From the NCBI GenBank assembly GCA_963719035.1, contig CAVRAO010000006.1, positions 128,001-192,000 on the forward strand: a DNA stretch of 64,000 nucleotides, read 5' to 3'. The position numbers and the translations under genes are program-made. The stretch comes from Methanobacteriota archaeon. Lineage in GTDB: Archaea > Halobacteriota > Bog-38 > Methanoflorentales > Methanoflorentaceae. The notes beneath the pieces are model-generated. The model worked only from the letters and a program-made list of their open reading frames with translations, was not told where the DNA came from and ran no database searches. Numbering within the stretch: position 1 is the first letter of the stretch; each line of letters opens with the position of its first letter. Shown in pieces: positions 31,308-40,122 of the stretch.

Positions 31308-31379
31308 GTCCTGGTGGGGTAGTGGATATCCTATGAGCCTGCGGAGCTCAAGACTCGGGTTCGAATCCCGGCCGGGACG
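31308..31379 (+). tRNA. tRNA-Arg(GCG)
   Basis: GTCCTGG/CCGGGAC acceptor, TGAGC-CT GCG GA-GCTCA anticodon arm, GGTTCGAATCC; TTTATA box upstream. Confidence 0.95.
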
Positions 31380-31792
31380 CTCCATTCATACCTAAAACAA
31401 CTCTACAAAGGGTTACGCGCGGGAACAACCGCTAAACTAGCATTAGAAGTTCACCTAGGAAAGCAAAGCTGTTACCTACTTTTTTGCGATTTTTTCCTAA
31501 AGCTTGCCGCAAGCGATAGGTTTGGCATTATTTGATAGCGGTGGTCCCGACGACATCTCCAGCCCATATGTAAGAGAGGGTGGGCTTAAAAAACCTAAAA
31601 CACTTCGTAAATCGTCTATAACCTCTTCTAGAATTGCCAGCATTTCCCATTGTGACTGTGATCAAGTGCCAAATCTGCATCCTTAAGCTAAGCCCTGCTT
31701 GAAATCGTAAAGGTGCACAATGCGTGTGTGTCGAAAGATATTAGCTCTCGAAAAATCAAAAAAAGACGTTTAGAGGGATTGCAGACCCTACG

Positions 31793-32548
31793 CTAGTTTT
31801 TGTGTGCGTCGTTAATAGCCTTTCTTATCACGTCTGTTTCTTTTGAACGAAACACCTGACATTCGTGGTCTTCATAGGTGATACCTCTAACGATGACTAT
31901 CGGGACACCGCCTGCCCCTTCTCCCATCATAAGGTTGGCGAGCCCCGCTATCTCATCGCCCACGCCTTCGTTTGTTATTTCCAGTACTTTCCCTACGAGG
32001 TCCCTCATCCCGCGCCAGTCCTTCATCGGGGCTATTCCGGCAAATCCTATCCCGACGCCAGTTTGTCCCTCTCTAAACGACCGGCCGCAAGTGTCGGTGA
32101 TTATCACCGCTACGGTCTTACCGTAGCGCTCGAAGATTCGAGTACGTATCTGCTTTGCACTCTGAGAGGGATCGTCAGGAAGGAATAAAATAAACCCTTC
32201 TTCGACGTTAGATCGATCCAACCCCGCGTTAACGCACACCTGACCAAACTTGCTTTCAACAAGTAAGAACGGTTTTTCAATCAGGATCTCAGTAGATTGC
32301 CCAAGCACGGCTTCAATGAAGCGTGGATCCTCGTTAAGTCCCGCGGCGATCCTGACGGCCTGCTCGCTTGGGGTTATGCTTTCCAAGCTACGGATCAATC
32401 CTTCAGCCTTTGAGACTATCGTAGAGGCAATGACCACGATATCTCCGTCATAAAGGTCGAGATCCTGCAAAAAATCTGTTATGTCGTCTCCCTCTTTTAC
32501 TAGAGGGATACGATTGACTGTAAATGCCTCAATTCTCAAGCGAATCAC
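31793..32548 (-). CDS. cofE: Coenzyme F420-0:L-glutamate ligase
   Basis: IVSKAEG, NAGLDRSN, ITDTCGRSFREG, DEIA..ANLMMGE. Confidence 0.95.
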   Translation of the reverse strand: MIRLRIEAFTVNRIPLVKEGDDITDFLQDLDLYDGDIVVIASTIVSKAEGLIRSLESITPSEQAVRIAAGLNEDPRFIEAVLGQSTEILIEKPFLLVESKFGQVCVNAGLDRSNVEEGFILFLPDDPSQSAKQIRTRIFERYGKTVAVIITDTCGRSFREGQTGVGIGFAGIAPMKDWRGMRDLVGKVLEITNEGVGDEIAGLANLMMGEGAGGVPIVIVRGITYEDHECQVFRSKETDVIRKAINDAHKN

Positions 32549-32614
32549 AATAGCGTGCGCGAGTACCTTTGAGATTGAAGGAATATTTATCGTCTAAATA
32601 GTCCATATTTCGTA

Positions 32615-32681
32615 TGACGGCGATGATGAGAGTTACCCCCACTGAGCACAAGATGAGGAGCGAACCTGACTGATGCCGTCA
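32615..32681 (+). ncRNA. C/D-box 2'-O-methylation guide sRNA
   Basis: Terminal stem TGACGGC/GCCGTCA, C box ATGATGA (32623-29), D' CTGA (32642-45), C' AAGATGA (32650-56), D CTGA (32670-73), 12-13 nt guides. Confidence 0.88.
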
Positions 32682-32703
32682 ATCTGCTTTCGCGAGAGGA
32701 AGG

Positions 32704-33118
32704 TTACTCAATAGAGATAAGCTTCTTGTCCGCGATGCCAATCTTCGGCAAGTGAACTTCGAGCACACCGTTAAAGAAGCTTGCGCGGGCGGCAGCATCG
32801 TCGATATTTGTAGGGAGTTTGATAGAGCGGTAATACTCGCGTGGCGCCCGTTCTCTTATGAGATGTTCGTCATTGTCGTATTGTTGAACTCCGTTCCGCT
32901 GTAATCTCTACCATGTCGCTGCTGCCTTCAAGCTTCACGTCGTCCTTGCTAACTCCTGGAAGATCTACGAGAACGACGATTTCCCCAGGGAGGTCTATGA
33001 GGTCAACTGGTGGCGTTGCGGTGATTGGCCCGGTATACTCGTCGCTGTCAATATCCTCCAACAGCCCATCCATCTTGCTACGAATATTGCTCAGCGGGCT
33101 TATTTCCTTCCAAGACAT
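32704..33118 (-). pseudogene. Hsp20/alpha-crystallin small heat-shock protein with a +1 frameshift near 32885 (pseudogene or assembly error)
   Basis: PVDLID..DLPGV.KDDV continues in the shifted frame as EHLIRERAPREYYRSIKLP..ASFFNGVLEVHLPK..ISIE*. Confidence 0.85.
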
Positions 33119-33516
33119 GTCAACTTCTCCGCTGTTCTTTTCTCGGTGCCGATATAAAACAATATGCTATTGTGATTGTCTGCCATTGACTGTGCGGATT
33201 TTTGATCCAAGCAAGAAAGCTCGAGTAATGGAGAGGCAACGAAAACAGGCCATCAATTCGTTATTTACAGGAAAGTGCGGGATAGCCTTTTTGCCCCGTC
33301 ACACGCTTTACCAAAAAGACTTTATTGCTTCAACTGCTTTATCAAATGACGTCCTCGCTCAAAAGACTTCTGAAGTTGTAGACTACCTACCGCTGATAAC
33401 GTGAGTTGACGCTACAGCGAGCCTTTTGAGGCTAAACGAGGCCGATTCGTAGAAACAAAAAGATTATTACATAAGCAATTACGTATAAGATGTAAAGTCT
33501 AAATTGGAGGTGAAAA

Positions 33517-34176
33517 ATGGTCAACAAAAAGTCCTTTTCTGCTGTATTAGCAACCTTAGTAATTCTAAGTGTTATAGCTGGAACTAGTATCACTTCAGCG
33601 CAAACTACAGTCGTAACTACTCAGAAAACGATCGTGCAGACTGCACAAGACACGCCCACATTGTCCGATCTGGTAAAATATGTTATCGCGGCGAACTTAA
33701 CAGCTGCGCTCAACGACACTACCAAAAACTATACAGTTTTCGCGCCGACAAACGATGCCTTTGAGAAGCTTGGCAACACAACTCTTGCCGCTTTAGCAAA
33801 TAATACAACACAGCTCGCAACGATCCTAAAGAGCCACGTCGTCGTGGGTTCAGTCAACCTCACGGTAAACGGAACTAAGGAAACGCTTGCAGGAAACACG
33901 ATTGCTTGGAATACGACAGGCAACGTCACGAAAGTGCAACTGCCTGGCGGCACTAACGCGACAGTAACACAAAAGAACATCGCAACAAGTAACGGACAGG
34001 TAAACGTTATCGATACTGTGCTCGTACCAGGAGCCGGACCAACGACGAGACAAGCGGTTGCATCAGCCGTTGCGTCAGCTGCTGGGGGATTCCTTGGCTT
34101 GCCTGGCTTTGAGGCGTTGTACGCGGTAGCCGGGCTATTAGCCGTTGCGTTCTTAGTACTACGACGTCGGAAATAA
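33517..34176 (+). CDS. Fasciclin (FAS1) surface glycoprotein with PGF-CTERM anchor
   Basis: Signal peptide, YTVFAPTNDAF (H1), NGQVNVIDTVL (H2), LPGF-TM-RRRK. Confidence 0.92.
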   Translation: MVNKKSFSAVLATLVILSVIAGTSITSAQTTVVTTQKTIVQTAQDTPTLSDLVKYVIAANLTAALNDTTKNYTVFAPTNDAFEKLGNTTLAALANNTTQLATILKSHVVVGSVNLTVNGTKETLAGNTIAWNTTGNVTKVQLPGGTNATVTQKNIATSNGQVNVIDTVLVPGAGPTTRQAVASAVASAAGGFLGLPGFEALYAVAGLLAVAFLVLRRRK

Positions 34177-34193
34177 CACTCTAAGTTCGCGAT

Positions 34194-34230
34194 GAGTCCG
34201 GCTTTGGCTGGGCTCCACCTTTATTTTTTT
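34194..34230 (+). terminator. Hairpin plus T-tract after fasciclin gene 1
   Basis: GAGTCCGGC/GCTGGGCTC stem, then T-rich run; homologous hairpins follow the other intact array genes. Confidence 0.7.
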
Positions 34231-34283
34231 ATAATCATCTTTTTAAACGCTCAACACGTGATAAGATACATTGAGGCGAATAA

Positions 34284-34583
34284 ATGCAAAAAAGAACGCT
34301 AGTTTTAGGTCTAATAGCACTATTGCTATGTACCCTCACTGCGGTACCAACGCTTGCACAGGTGAACTCATCCTCAGTTACGTCGCAGCCTTTTCACCCG
34401 GTAACAAATCAAGCAGAGCTGAGCAACTTGACCAAGATGCTTAACAATAAGTCAACAGTGGCAAACCGTACGGCGACGGCGTCAGCTGCTGGGGGATTCC
34501 TTGGCTTGCCTGGCTTTGAGGCGTTGTACGCGGTAACCGGGCTGTTGGTTGTTGCGTACTTGGTGATACGACGTCGGAAGTAA
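34284..34583 (+). CDS. Minimal secreted protein (99 aa) with PGF-CTERM anchor
   Basis: Signal peptide, short Ser/Thr/Asn-rich region, LPGF-TM-RRRK. Confidence 0.8.
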   Translation: MQKRTLVLGLIALLLCTLTAVPTLAQVNSSSVTSQPFHPVTNQAELSNLTKMLNNKSTVANRTATASAAGGFLGLPGFEALYAVTGLLVVAYLVIRRRK

Positions 34584-34601
34584 CGTTCTGAACCACGCAT
34601 A

Positions 34602-34641
34602 GTGAGTCCAGTCTCAGCTGGGCTCGCGCCTTTTTCTTTTT
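34602..34641 (+). terminator. Hairpin plus T-tract
   Basis: GTGAGTCCAGT-CTCA-GCTGGGCTCGC followed by TTTTTCTTTTT. Confidence 0.7.
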
Positions 34642-34674
34642 AAATCGTAAAAGCTACAACATACTTCGGTCGCT

Positions 34675-34771
34675 GTGGGCGGAGTTCCTTGGCTTGTCAG
34701 GCTTTGAGGCGTTGTACGCGGTAGCCGGGCTGTTGGTTGTTGCGTTCTTGGTGATACGACGTCGGAAGTAA
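34675..34771 (+). pseudogene. Orphan PGF-CTERM cassette (PGF changed to SGF, no in-frame canonical start)
   Basis: Reads FLGLSGFEALYAVAGLLVVAFLVIRRRK*; directly followed by BRE/TATA-like GAAAAGCAAAGTTTATAC. Confidence 0.8.
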
Positions 34772-34841
34772 CGAAAAGCAAAGTTTATACTATAAGATAC
34801 TTCATACGTCAATGAAGATAAGTTTATATTGGAGGTGAAAA

Positions 34842-35501
34842 ATGGTCAGTAAAAAGCTCTTTTCTGCTGTATTGGCAACCGCAGTAATTCTTTCAATAGT
34901 CGGAGGGTCAACTGTTGCTTTCGCACAAACACAGACAAGCACGGCAACGGCGAAACCTACACAGACAATTACACAAATTGCAGCGAACAACACGAACTTT
35001 TCCACACTAGTTAGCTTGCTTACGAAAGCTAACCTTACACAGACATTGAACGGCACCGGCAACTTCACAGTATTCGCGCCGACAAATGAGGCTTTCGACA
35101 AAGTTCCCGCCTCAACGCTTGCTGCATTGGAGAACAACACGACCGCTCTTACGAAAGTGCTGCTATACCACGTATTAGACAAGACGCTGTACGCGAGCGA
35201 CATCAAAGGCAATGGAACGCTCACAACGATTAACGGATTACCGTTATCATACGCAGTCAACGGTACCAAAGTGACAGTTGACAACGCGACAGTAACCAAA
35301 ACGGATATCAACGCGACTAACGGCGTGATTCACGTCATCGATAGCGTGATGATACCGCCAGCGAACGCGACTGCTAAACCGAGTGCATCAGCCGCTGCGT
35401 CAGCTGCTGGAGGATTCCTTGGCTTGCCAGGCTTTGAGGCATTGTACGCGGTAGCCGGGCTACTAGCCGTAGCGTATTTGGTAATACGACGTCGGAAGTA
35501 A
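34842..35501 (+). CDS. Fasciclin (FAS1) surface glycoprotein with PGF-CTERM anchor
   Basis: FTVFAPTNEAF, LLYHV, NGVIHVIDSV, many N-x-S/T sequons, LPGF-TM-RRRK. Confidence 0.94.
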   Translation: MVSKKLFSAVLATAVILSIVGGSTVAFAQTQTSTATAKPTQTITQIAANNTNFSTLVSLLTKANLTQTLNGTGNFTVFAPTNEAFDKVPASTLAALENNTTALTKVLLYHVLDKTLYASDIKGNGTLTTINGLPLSYAVNGTKVTVDNATVTKTDINATNGVIHVIDSVMIPPANATAKPSASAAASAAGGFLGLPGFEALYAVAGLLAVAYLVIRRRK

Positions 35502-35595
35502 CACTCTGAACCACGCGTGGTGAGTCCAGTCTTTGCTGGGCTCCACTTTCTTTTTTCTTTTCATATTCACGGTAACTGCCACAATGTAATCAACC

Positions 35596-35698
35596 ATGAC
35601 TACCGGAGGATTCCTTGGCTTGCCAGGCTTTGAGGCATTGTACGCGGTAGCCGGGCTGTTGGTTGTTGCGTTTTTTTGTGATACGACGTCAGAAGTAG
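35596..35698 (+). pseudogene. Orphan PGF-CTERM mini-ORF; one extra T in a T7 run shifts its end
   Basis: ATG 35596 gives MTTGGFLGLPGFEALYAVAGLLVVAFF; with T6 it would end VIRRQK* (33 aa). Followed by GAAAAGTAAAGTTTATAG. Confidence 0.75.
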
Positions 35699-35764
35699 GA
35701 AAAGTAAAGTTTATAGCATATGGAAATTCAAACCAACAAAAGCAAGAGATATTCGAGGTGAAAA

Positions 35765-36403
35765 ATGGTCAGCAAAAAGCTCTTTTCTGCTGTTTTGGCA
35801 ACATTAGTGATTCTTTCTATTGTTGGAGGGTCAAGTGTCGCTTTCGCACAAACGCAGACAAGCACGGCGACGGCGAAACCTACGCAGACTCTAGCACAGG
35901 TTGCAGCCAATAACACGAATCTTACGAACTTTACGAGCCTGTTGAAGAAAGCAAACCTCACAAACGTGTTGAACGGTCCAGGCAACTTTACCGTCTTAGC
36001 ACCAGACAACGCCGCTTTTTCCAAAGTTGACGCATCTACGTTTGCAAGTTGGCAAAACAACACTACAGCATTAAGAAATATGCTATGGTATCACGTCATC
36101 CCAAAGAAGCTGCTTTCAGCCGACTTCACGGGCAATGGAACGCTTACAACGGTGAACGGACTATCTGTGCCATACTCTGTAGACGGCACTAAAATCAAAG
36201 TCGGTAACGCAACAATTACTAAAGCGGATATCAACGCGACTAACGGCGTGATTCACGTTGTCGATAGTGTCAATATACCCCCAACGGCAACGGCGTCAGC
36301 AACGGCGGCCGGAGGATTCCTTGGCATGCCTGGCTTTGAGGCGTTGTACGCGGTAGCAGGACTTTTGGCTGTAGCGTACTTGGTGATACGACGTCGGAAG
36401 TAA
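35765..36403 (+). CDS. Fasciclin (FAS1) surface glycoprotein with PGF-CTERM anchor
   Basis: FTVLAPDNAAF, WYHV, NGVIHVVDSV, MPGF-TM-RRRK; close paralog of 34842-35501. Confidence 0.94.
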   Translation: MVSKKLFSAVLATLVILSIVGGSSVAFAQTQTSTATAKPTQTLAQVAANNTNLTNFTSLLKKANLTNVLNGPGNFTVLAPDNAAFSKVDASTFASWQNNTTALRNMLWYHVIPKKLLSADFTGNGTLTTVNGLSVPYSVDGTKIKVGNATITKADINATNGVIHVVDSVNIPPTATASATAAGGFLGMPGFEALYAVAGLLAVAYLVIRRRK

Positions 36404-36420
36404 CGCTTTAAACTAGTTGA

Positions 36421-36461
36421 GGTGAGCCTAGACTTAGCTGGGCTTACCCTTTTTTCTTTTT
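36421..36461 (+). terminator. Hairpin plus T-tract closing the array
   Basis: GGTGAGCCTAG/CTGGGCTTACC stem then TTTTTTCTTTTT. Confidence 0.7.
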
Positions 36462-36526
36462 GTTCGCTCGGGTCGCGAAACCACTATCCGCTTCGAATGC
36501 TGTTTAGGCCGGCCAAGTCGGACTAG

Positions 36527-37468
36527 TTAGCTTTGTATCCAGTCGTAGAGGTTATGCAAGCCCGTTTCTATATCGATAGTAGGCTTCCAACCGAACAAAG
36601 TAAAATGTGATATGTCAGCCTGCGTTGACTCAATGTCACCTTCCCATGACTTGCCCCCCGTCCGGCGGATATCCGGATGCAGGTCCATCATACGGCAGAT
36701 AGAACTGGCAATCTCATTGACAGTAATAGCCCTGCCGCTTCCAACGTTGTAAGCTTCGCCCGGTATTCCCTTGTCATAAGCAAGCAAGAACGCGTCTATG
36801 ACGTCGTCAATATAAACATAGTCTTTCTTTTGGAGTCCAGATCCCAATATTTCAAGGTGGCTCCCATCCGTCTGCAGCTTCTTTATAAGGTCGTACATGA
36901 CGCCTTTGGCATTGCCTGGCCCATAGACATTATAGAGACGGAGAGCGATCGTGGGTAATCCAAAAATGCTGTTAAATGCAGAGCAATAAAGCTCGCCCGC
37001 GGCTTTTGAAGCGCCGTAGAAGGATACTGGACGCATAGCGTGTTCTTCAGTCGTAGGGGTGGCAGCAGTTCCGTAAACCGTGCTTGTAGAAGCGTACACA
37101 AACGTTGCTTCAGAAGCACATGACAACACGTTGAATGTACCTCGTGCATTAACTAGGAAGTCGTAACTTGGATCTCGAGTTGAATCAGGCACCTTTGTTT
37201 GCGCTGCGAAGTGAAAGATGCCGTCAGGTTCGACCACACTCGCACGAAGTCTTTCCAAATCGAGGATGTCCCCTTGCACGAAATCGAAATTAACGTGAGT
37301 GTAAGTTGGCATGACTAGATCGTAGCCTGTCACCATGTGCCCCTCGTCTAGGAGACGCTTCACAAGATGCGTGCCGATAAAACCGCTGCATCCGGTCACA
37401 AAGAACTCTAAACTTGATTCGCGCACTTCGACCTCTGTACTGAGCACTAAGAGCTCCTCTAATGCCAT
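36527..37468 (-). CDS. NAD-dependent NDP-sugar epimerase/dehydratase (extended SDR)
   Basis: TGCSGFIG, YASTSTVYG, YGASK, RLYNVYGP. Confidence 0.92.
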   Translation of the reverse strand: MALEELLVLSTEVEVRESSLEFFVTGCSGFIGTHLVKRLLDEGHMVTGYDLVMPTYTHVNFDFVQGDILDLERLRASVVEPDGIFHFAAQTKVPDSTRDPSYDFLVNARGTFNVLSCASEATFVYASTSTVYGTAATPTTEEHAMRPVSFYGASKAAGELYCSAFNSIFGLPTIALRLYNVYGPGNAKGVMYDLIKKLQTDGSHLEILGSGLQKKDYVYIDDVIDAFLLAYDKGIPGEAYNVGSGRAITVNEIASSICRMMDLHPDIRRTGGKSWEGDIESTQADISHFTLFGWKPTIDIETGLHNLYDWIQS

Positions 37469-37511
37469 ATTCCACTTCCGAGTGAGTTAAATGCTTGAGA
37501 CGCCTTGGCCA

Positions 37512-38834
37512 TTAGCAACCTTTGGTCATGTTCATGCCTAGTTCGAGTAGTTCGTGGGCCCTCATCTCCGTTTCCGCCTCGACAAATATCCGAATGATTG
37601 GCTCTGTTCCAGAGGGGCGAATAAGCAGCCAACCGTCATCATACCATATTTTAACGCCGTCGGTCGTGTCGACGTTACCGTGAACCGATGACTGAATGTG
37701 TTGCATGGCTGCGTCTCTATCGCGACACGTGACCTTCGTTTTATCCATATATCGCTTCGGAATTTCGTTAACGAGCTCAGAAAGTTTTCTATCACGTTCG
37801 GTCATTATTTCAAGCACCTTGGCCACTGTCATCGCCCCGTCGCGGCAGTACTGGTGTTCTGGGAAGATAATGCCTCCGTTGCCCTCTCCACCTATGACAG
37901 CGTTCACTTGCATCATTACACGCGCTACGTGAATACTTCCGACTGGGGTCCAGATAACCTGGCTACCTGCTGCTTCAGCTACATCAGCGACACGCTGCGA
38001 CGAACTTACGGGTGTGACTACGGGCCCCGGGGTTTTTGAAAGCACGTGCTTCACGACGATCGCAAGCAAAACGTCTTCGTTAACGAAATCCCCATTTTCA
38101 TCGATGAAAACCGCCCTATCAGCGTCGCCGTCGTGAGCAACTCCCAAATCGGCGCCGTTAGAGACGACGATTTTTCCAAGATCGGTGAGTACATCCTCTG
38201 TCGGTTCTGGATTTCGACTCGGGAACGTGCCGTCTATCTGCGCATTGATCGTTGTCACCTTGCAGTTTAATTTGCTAAGCAAGAATGGCGTTACAACGCT
38301 GCCGGCGCCAGAACCTGTGTCGACGGCGACGATGAACCCACGTTTAGCAATGTCTGACGCGCTCACGTTCTGCATAACCCCCTCTATATAAGCAGGGATG
38401 ATGTCAACGTGTGAAAGTTCGCCTGTCTCGCGCCAATCCGCAAGCTTGGCCGCATCACGGTAGTATATGTCTTCGACGGCTAGTTCCCCTTCACTTCCAA
38501 ACTCTGTTCCATCGCCAGCGATGAGTTTTAGTCCATTGTATTCCCGCGGATTGTGCGACGCGGTGATAACAATTCCCGCATCGGCGTTATCGCGCACGAA
38601 GTATTGCACAGCGGGGGTCGGAGCTATACCGACGTTAATAACCTTACAACCTGTTGCGAGCAGTCCGGCAATTGCTGCATAGCTGAGCATGCTACCTGAC
38701 GTCCGCGTATCCTGTCCGACCGCAACTGTGCCCTTTGTTAGTGTCCCCAAGCTCATAGCGAGTCGTAGGGCAAGATCTGCAGTCACATCGCGGTTTACTA
38801 TCCCCCTCACACCATTTGTTCCAAAAAGCCTCAT
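37512..38834 (-). CDS. glmM: Phosphoglucosamine mutase / phosphohexomutase
   Basis: FGTNGVRG, ITASHNP, HDGDADR, RPSGTEP. Confidence 0.9.
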   Translation of the reverse strand: MRLFGTNGVRGIVNRDVTADLALRLAMSLGTLTKGTVAVGQDTRTSGSMLSYAAIAGLLATGCKVINVGIAPTPAVQYFVRDNADAGIVITASHNPREYNGLKLIAGDGTEFGSEGELAVEDIYYRDAAKLADWRETGELSHVDIIPAYIEGVMQNVSASDIAKRGFIVAVDTGSGAGSVVTPFLLSKLNCKVTTINAQIDGTFPSRNPEPTEDVLTDLGKIVVSNGADLGVAHDGDADRAVFIDENGDFVNEDVLLAIVVKHVLSKTPGPVVTPVSSSQRVADVAEAAGSQVIWTPVGSIHVARVMMQVNAVIGGEGNGGIIFPEHQYCRDGAMTVAKVLEIMTERDRKLSELVNEIPKRYMDKTKVTCRDRDAAMQHIQSSVHGNVDTTDGVKIWYDDGWLLIRPSGTEPIIRIFVEAETEMRAHELLELGMNMTKGC

Positions 38835-38925
38835 AAAAACTCCCTGTTTGCATTACCAATCCAGACTCTCGCCGATCGACAGATAGCCCCGCTTATCGTT
38901 TTTGACGTCGCGGCTTTCCCGTACT

Positions 38926-39696
38926 TCAAATACCGATCCATTTTTCACCGTCTTCGGTAAATTCCTTTTTCCAGATGGGGACTTCCTTCTTTATCCGCTC
39001 TATTGCATCCCTGAGTGCCTTAAACCCCTCTTGTCGATGTGCTGCCGCAACAACGATGTAGACGATGTCTTCGCCTCGCTTGACACGACCTGATTTATGG
39101 TATATCTTTGCCTCTATTATGCCCTCTGCAGTCTTCAGATCGCGAACGATTGACGAAAGTCGCTGCTGCGCCTCCCTTTCGTAAATGTCAAACTCAAGCG
39201 CAAAAGCTTCCTCGCGGACCGTTCCAGTGAACGTAAGTATCGCCCCAGCTTTGTTAATGTCGGGATGCGACCGTACGGTTCTTACGAGTGCACCAAGGGT
39301 CATCCATTCCGGAAAAGTCTTAAGCGCTTCAAAATGCTGTTCGAAGTTTGCTGAGCGCTCTAGCTGAACTTCGTAAACCTCACGAAAAGAGACAATCCGT
39401 GATGCAAGCACGCCCCCCACCACAACGGCAAAATCAACATCCTCTTGTTCTCCCAGACGATCTAGCTCTCGCGGGATTTCATTTGCGTTCTCGTGGATGT
39501 AGCGTGTTAAAGCGTATCTCGTCGGCGATTTGATGCAAAGGAGTGTATTTGAACCTTCCTTCTGAGCAAACCTCAGTGAATTCTCGTGCTGCTGACGCAG
39601 AATCGCCACCTTATAATGAAGCGTTAGCGCCTCTATGAAGTGCTCGCAGCGTTCTGCTTCACCGGTGAGTGCAATAACCCTCACATACCTAAACAA
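38926..39696 (-). CDS. moaE: Molybdopterin synthase catalytic subunit with degenerate MobB-like N-terminal domain
   Basis: AGAILTFTGTVR, AAAHRQEGF, KKEVPIWKKE. Confidence 0.85.
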   Translation of the reverse strand: MFRYVRVIALTGEAERCEHFIEALTLHYKVAILRQQHENSLRFAQKEGSNTLLCIKSPTRYALTRYIHENANEIPRELDRLGEQEDVDFAVVVGGVLASRIVSFREVYEVQLERSANFEQHFEALKTFPEWMTLGALVRTVRSHPDINKAGAILTFTGTVREEAFALEFDIYEREAQQRLSSIVRDLKTAEGIIEAKIYHKSGRVKRGEDIVYIVVAAAHRQEGFKALRDAIERIKKEVPIWKKEFTEDGEKWIGI

Positions 39697-40122
39697 TACA
39701 CAACGAAATAAATACGTGTTGATAAGGAAAACATAAGTGATGCGTCGATGCTTGGAGCCTAAGCACGCCCCTTACAGCGCTTTCCAGAGGTTGATTGCTT
39801 CGTCGTTGCTGTTCCTGCAAGTTGCGGCGAACCAAAGACAGCGATGTCCGCTCATATAGTCTCCACCCTCAGTCACGTTAGAAGCGAGTTCATTGGGCAA
39901 AAAAGGTAAACAGGTCGCGCGCTACAGTGCGACAATCCCAGAGACGAGATCACTCTTCAACTACACCAAGCTTATAAGCTGTGTGCTTCACCTAGAAACC
40001 GTCAATCGCGCCTAAATGAGTCTTTGAGGCTTGAAACAACTGCTCAATACTGCCAGATCTTGTTAAAGAGCGTGAATCACAGACCAGCTGCAAAATTGCG
40101 CTTTGAGCACTTAGATACGCTT

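Larger units (their letters stand above)
34073..36403 (+). repeat. Six direct repeats (~95-105 bp) of a PGF-CTERM-encoding cassette
   Basis: Core TTCCTTGGC(T/A)TG(C/T)C(T/A)GGCTTTGAGGC(G/A)TTGTACGCGGTA...ACGACGTC(G/A)GAA ends at 34176, 34583, 34771, 35501, 35698 and 36403. Confidence 0.95.

Noticed and set aside
31380-31792. Small ORFs downstream of tRNA-Arg
   Set aside because: No motifs or convincing SD; unsupported.
32870-32872. TGA readthrough (selenocysteine) in hsp20
   Set aside because: Homology resumes in a different frame, so this is a frameshift rather than readthrough.
35596-35913. 105-aa ORF as a real protein
   Set aside because: Arises from the T7 shift in the orphan cassette and runs out of frame over the next gene.
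34073-36403. Repeats as a CRISPR array or diversity-generating retroelement
   Set aside because: Repeats are ~100 bp, protein-coding and irregularly spaced; no cas or reverse transcriptase gene is present and differences are not adenine-specific.
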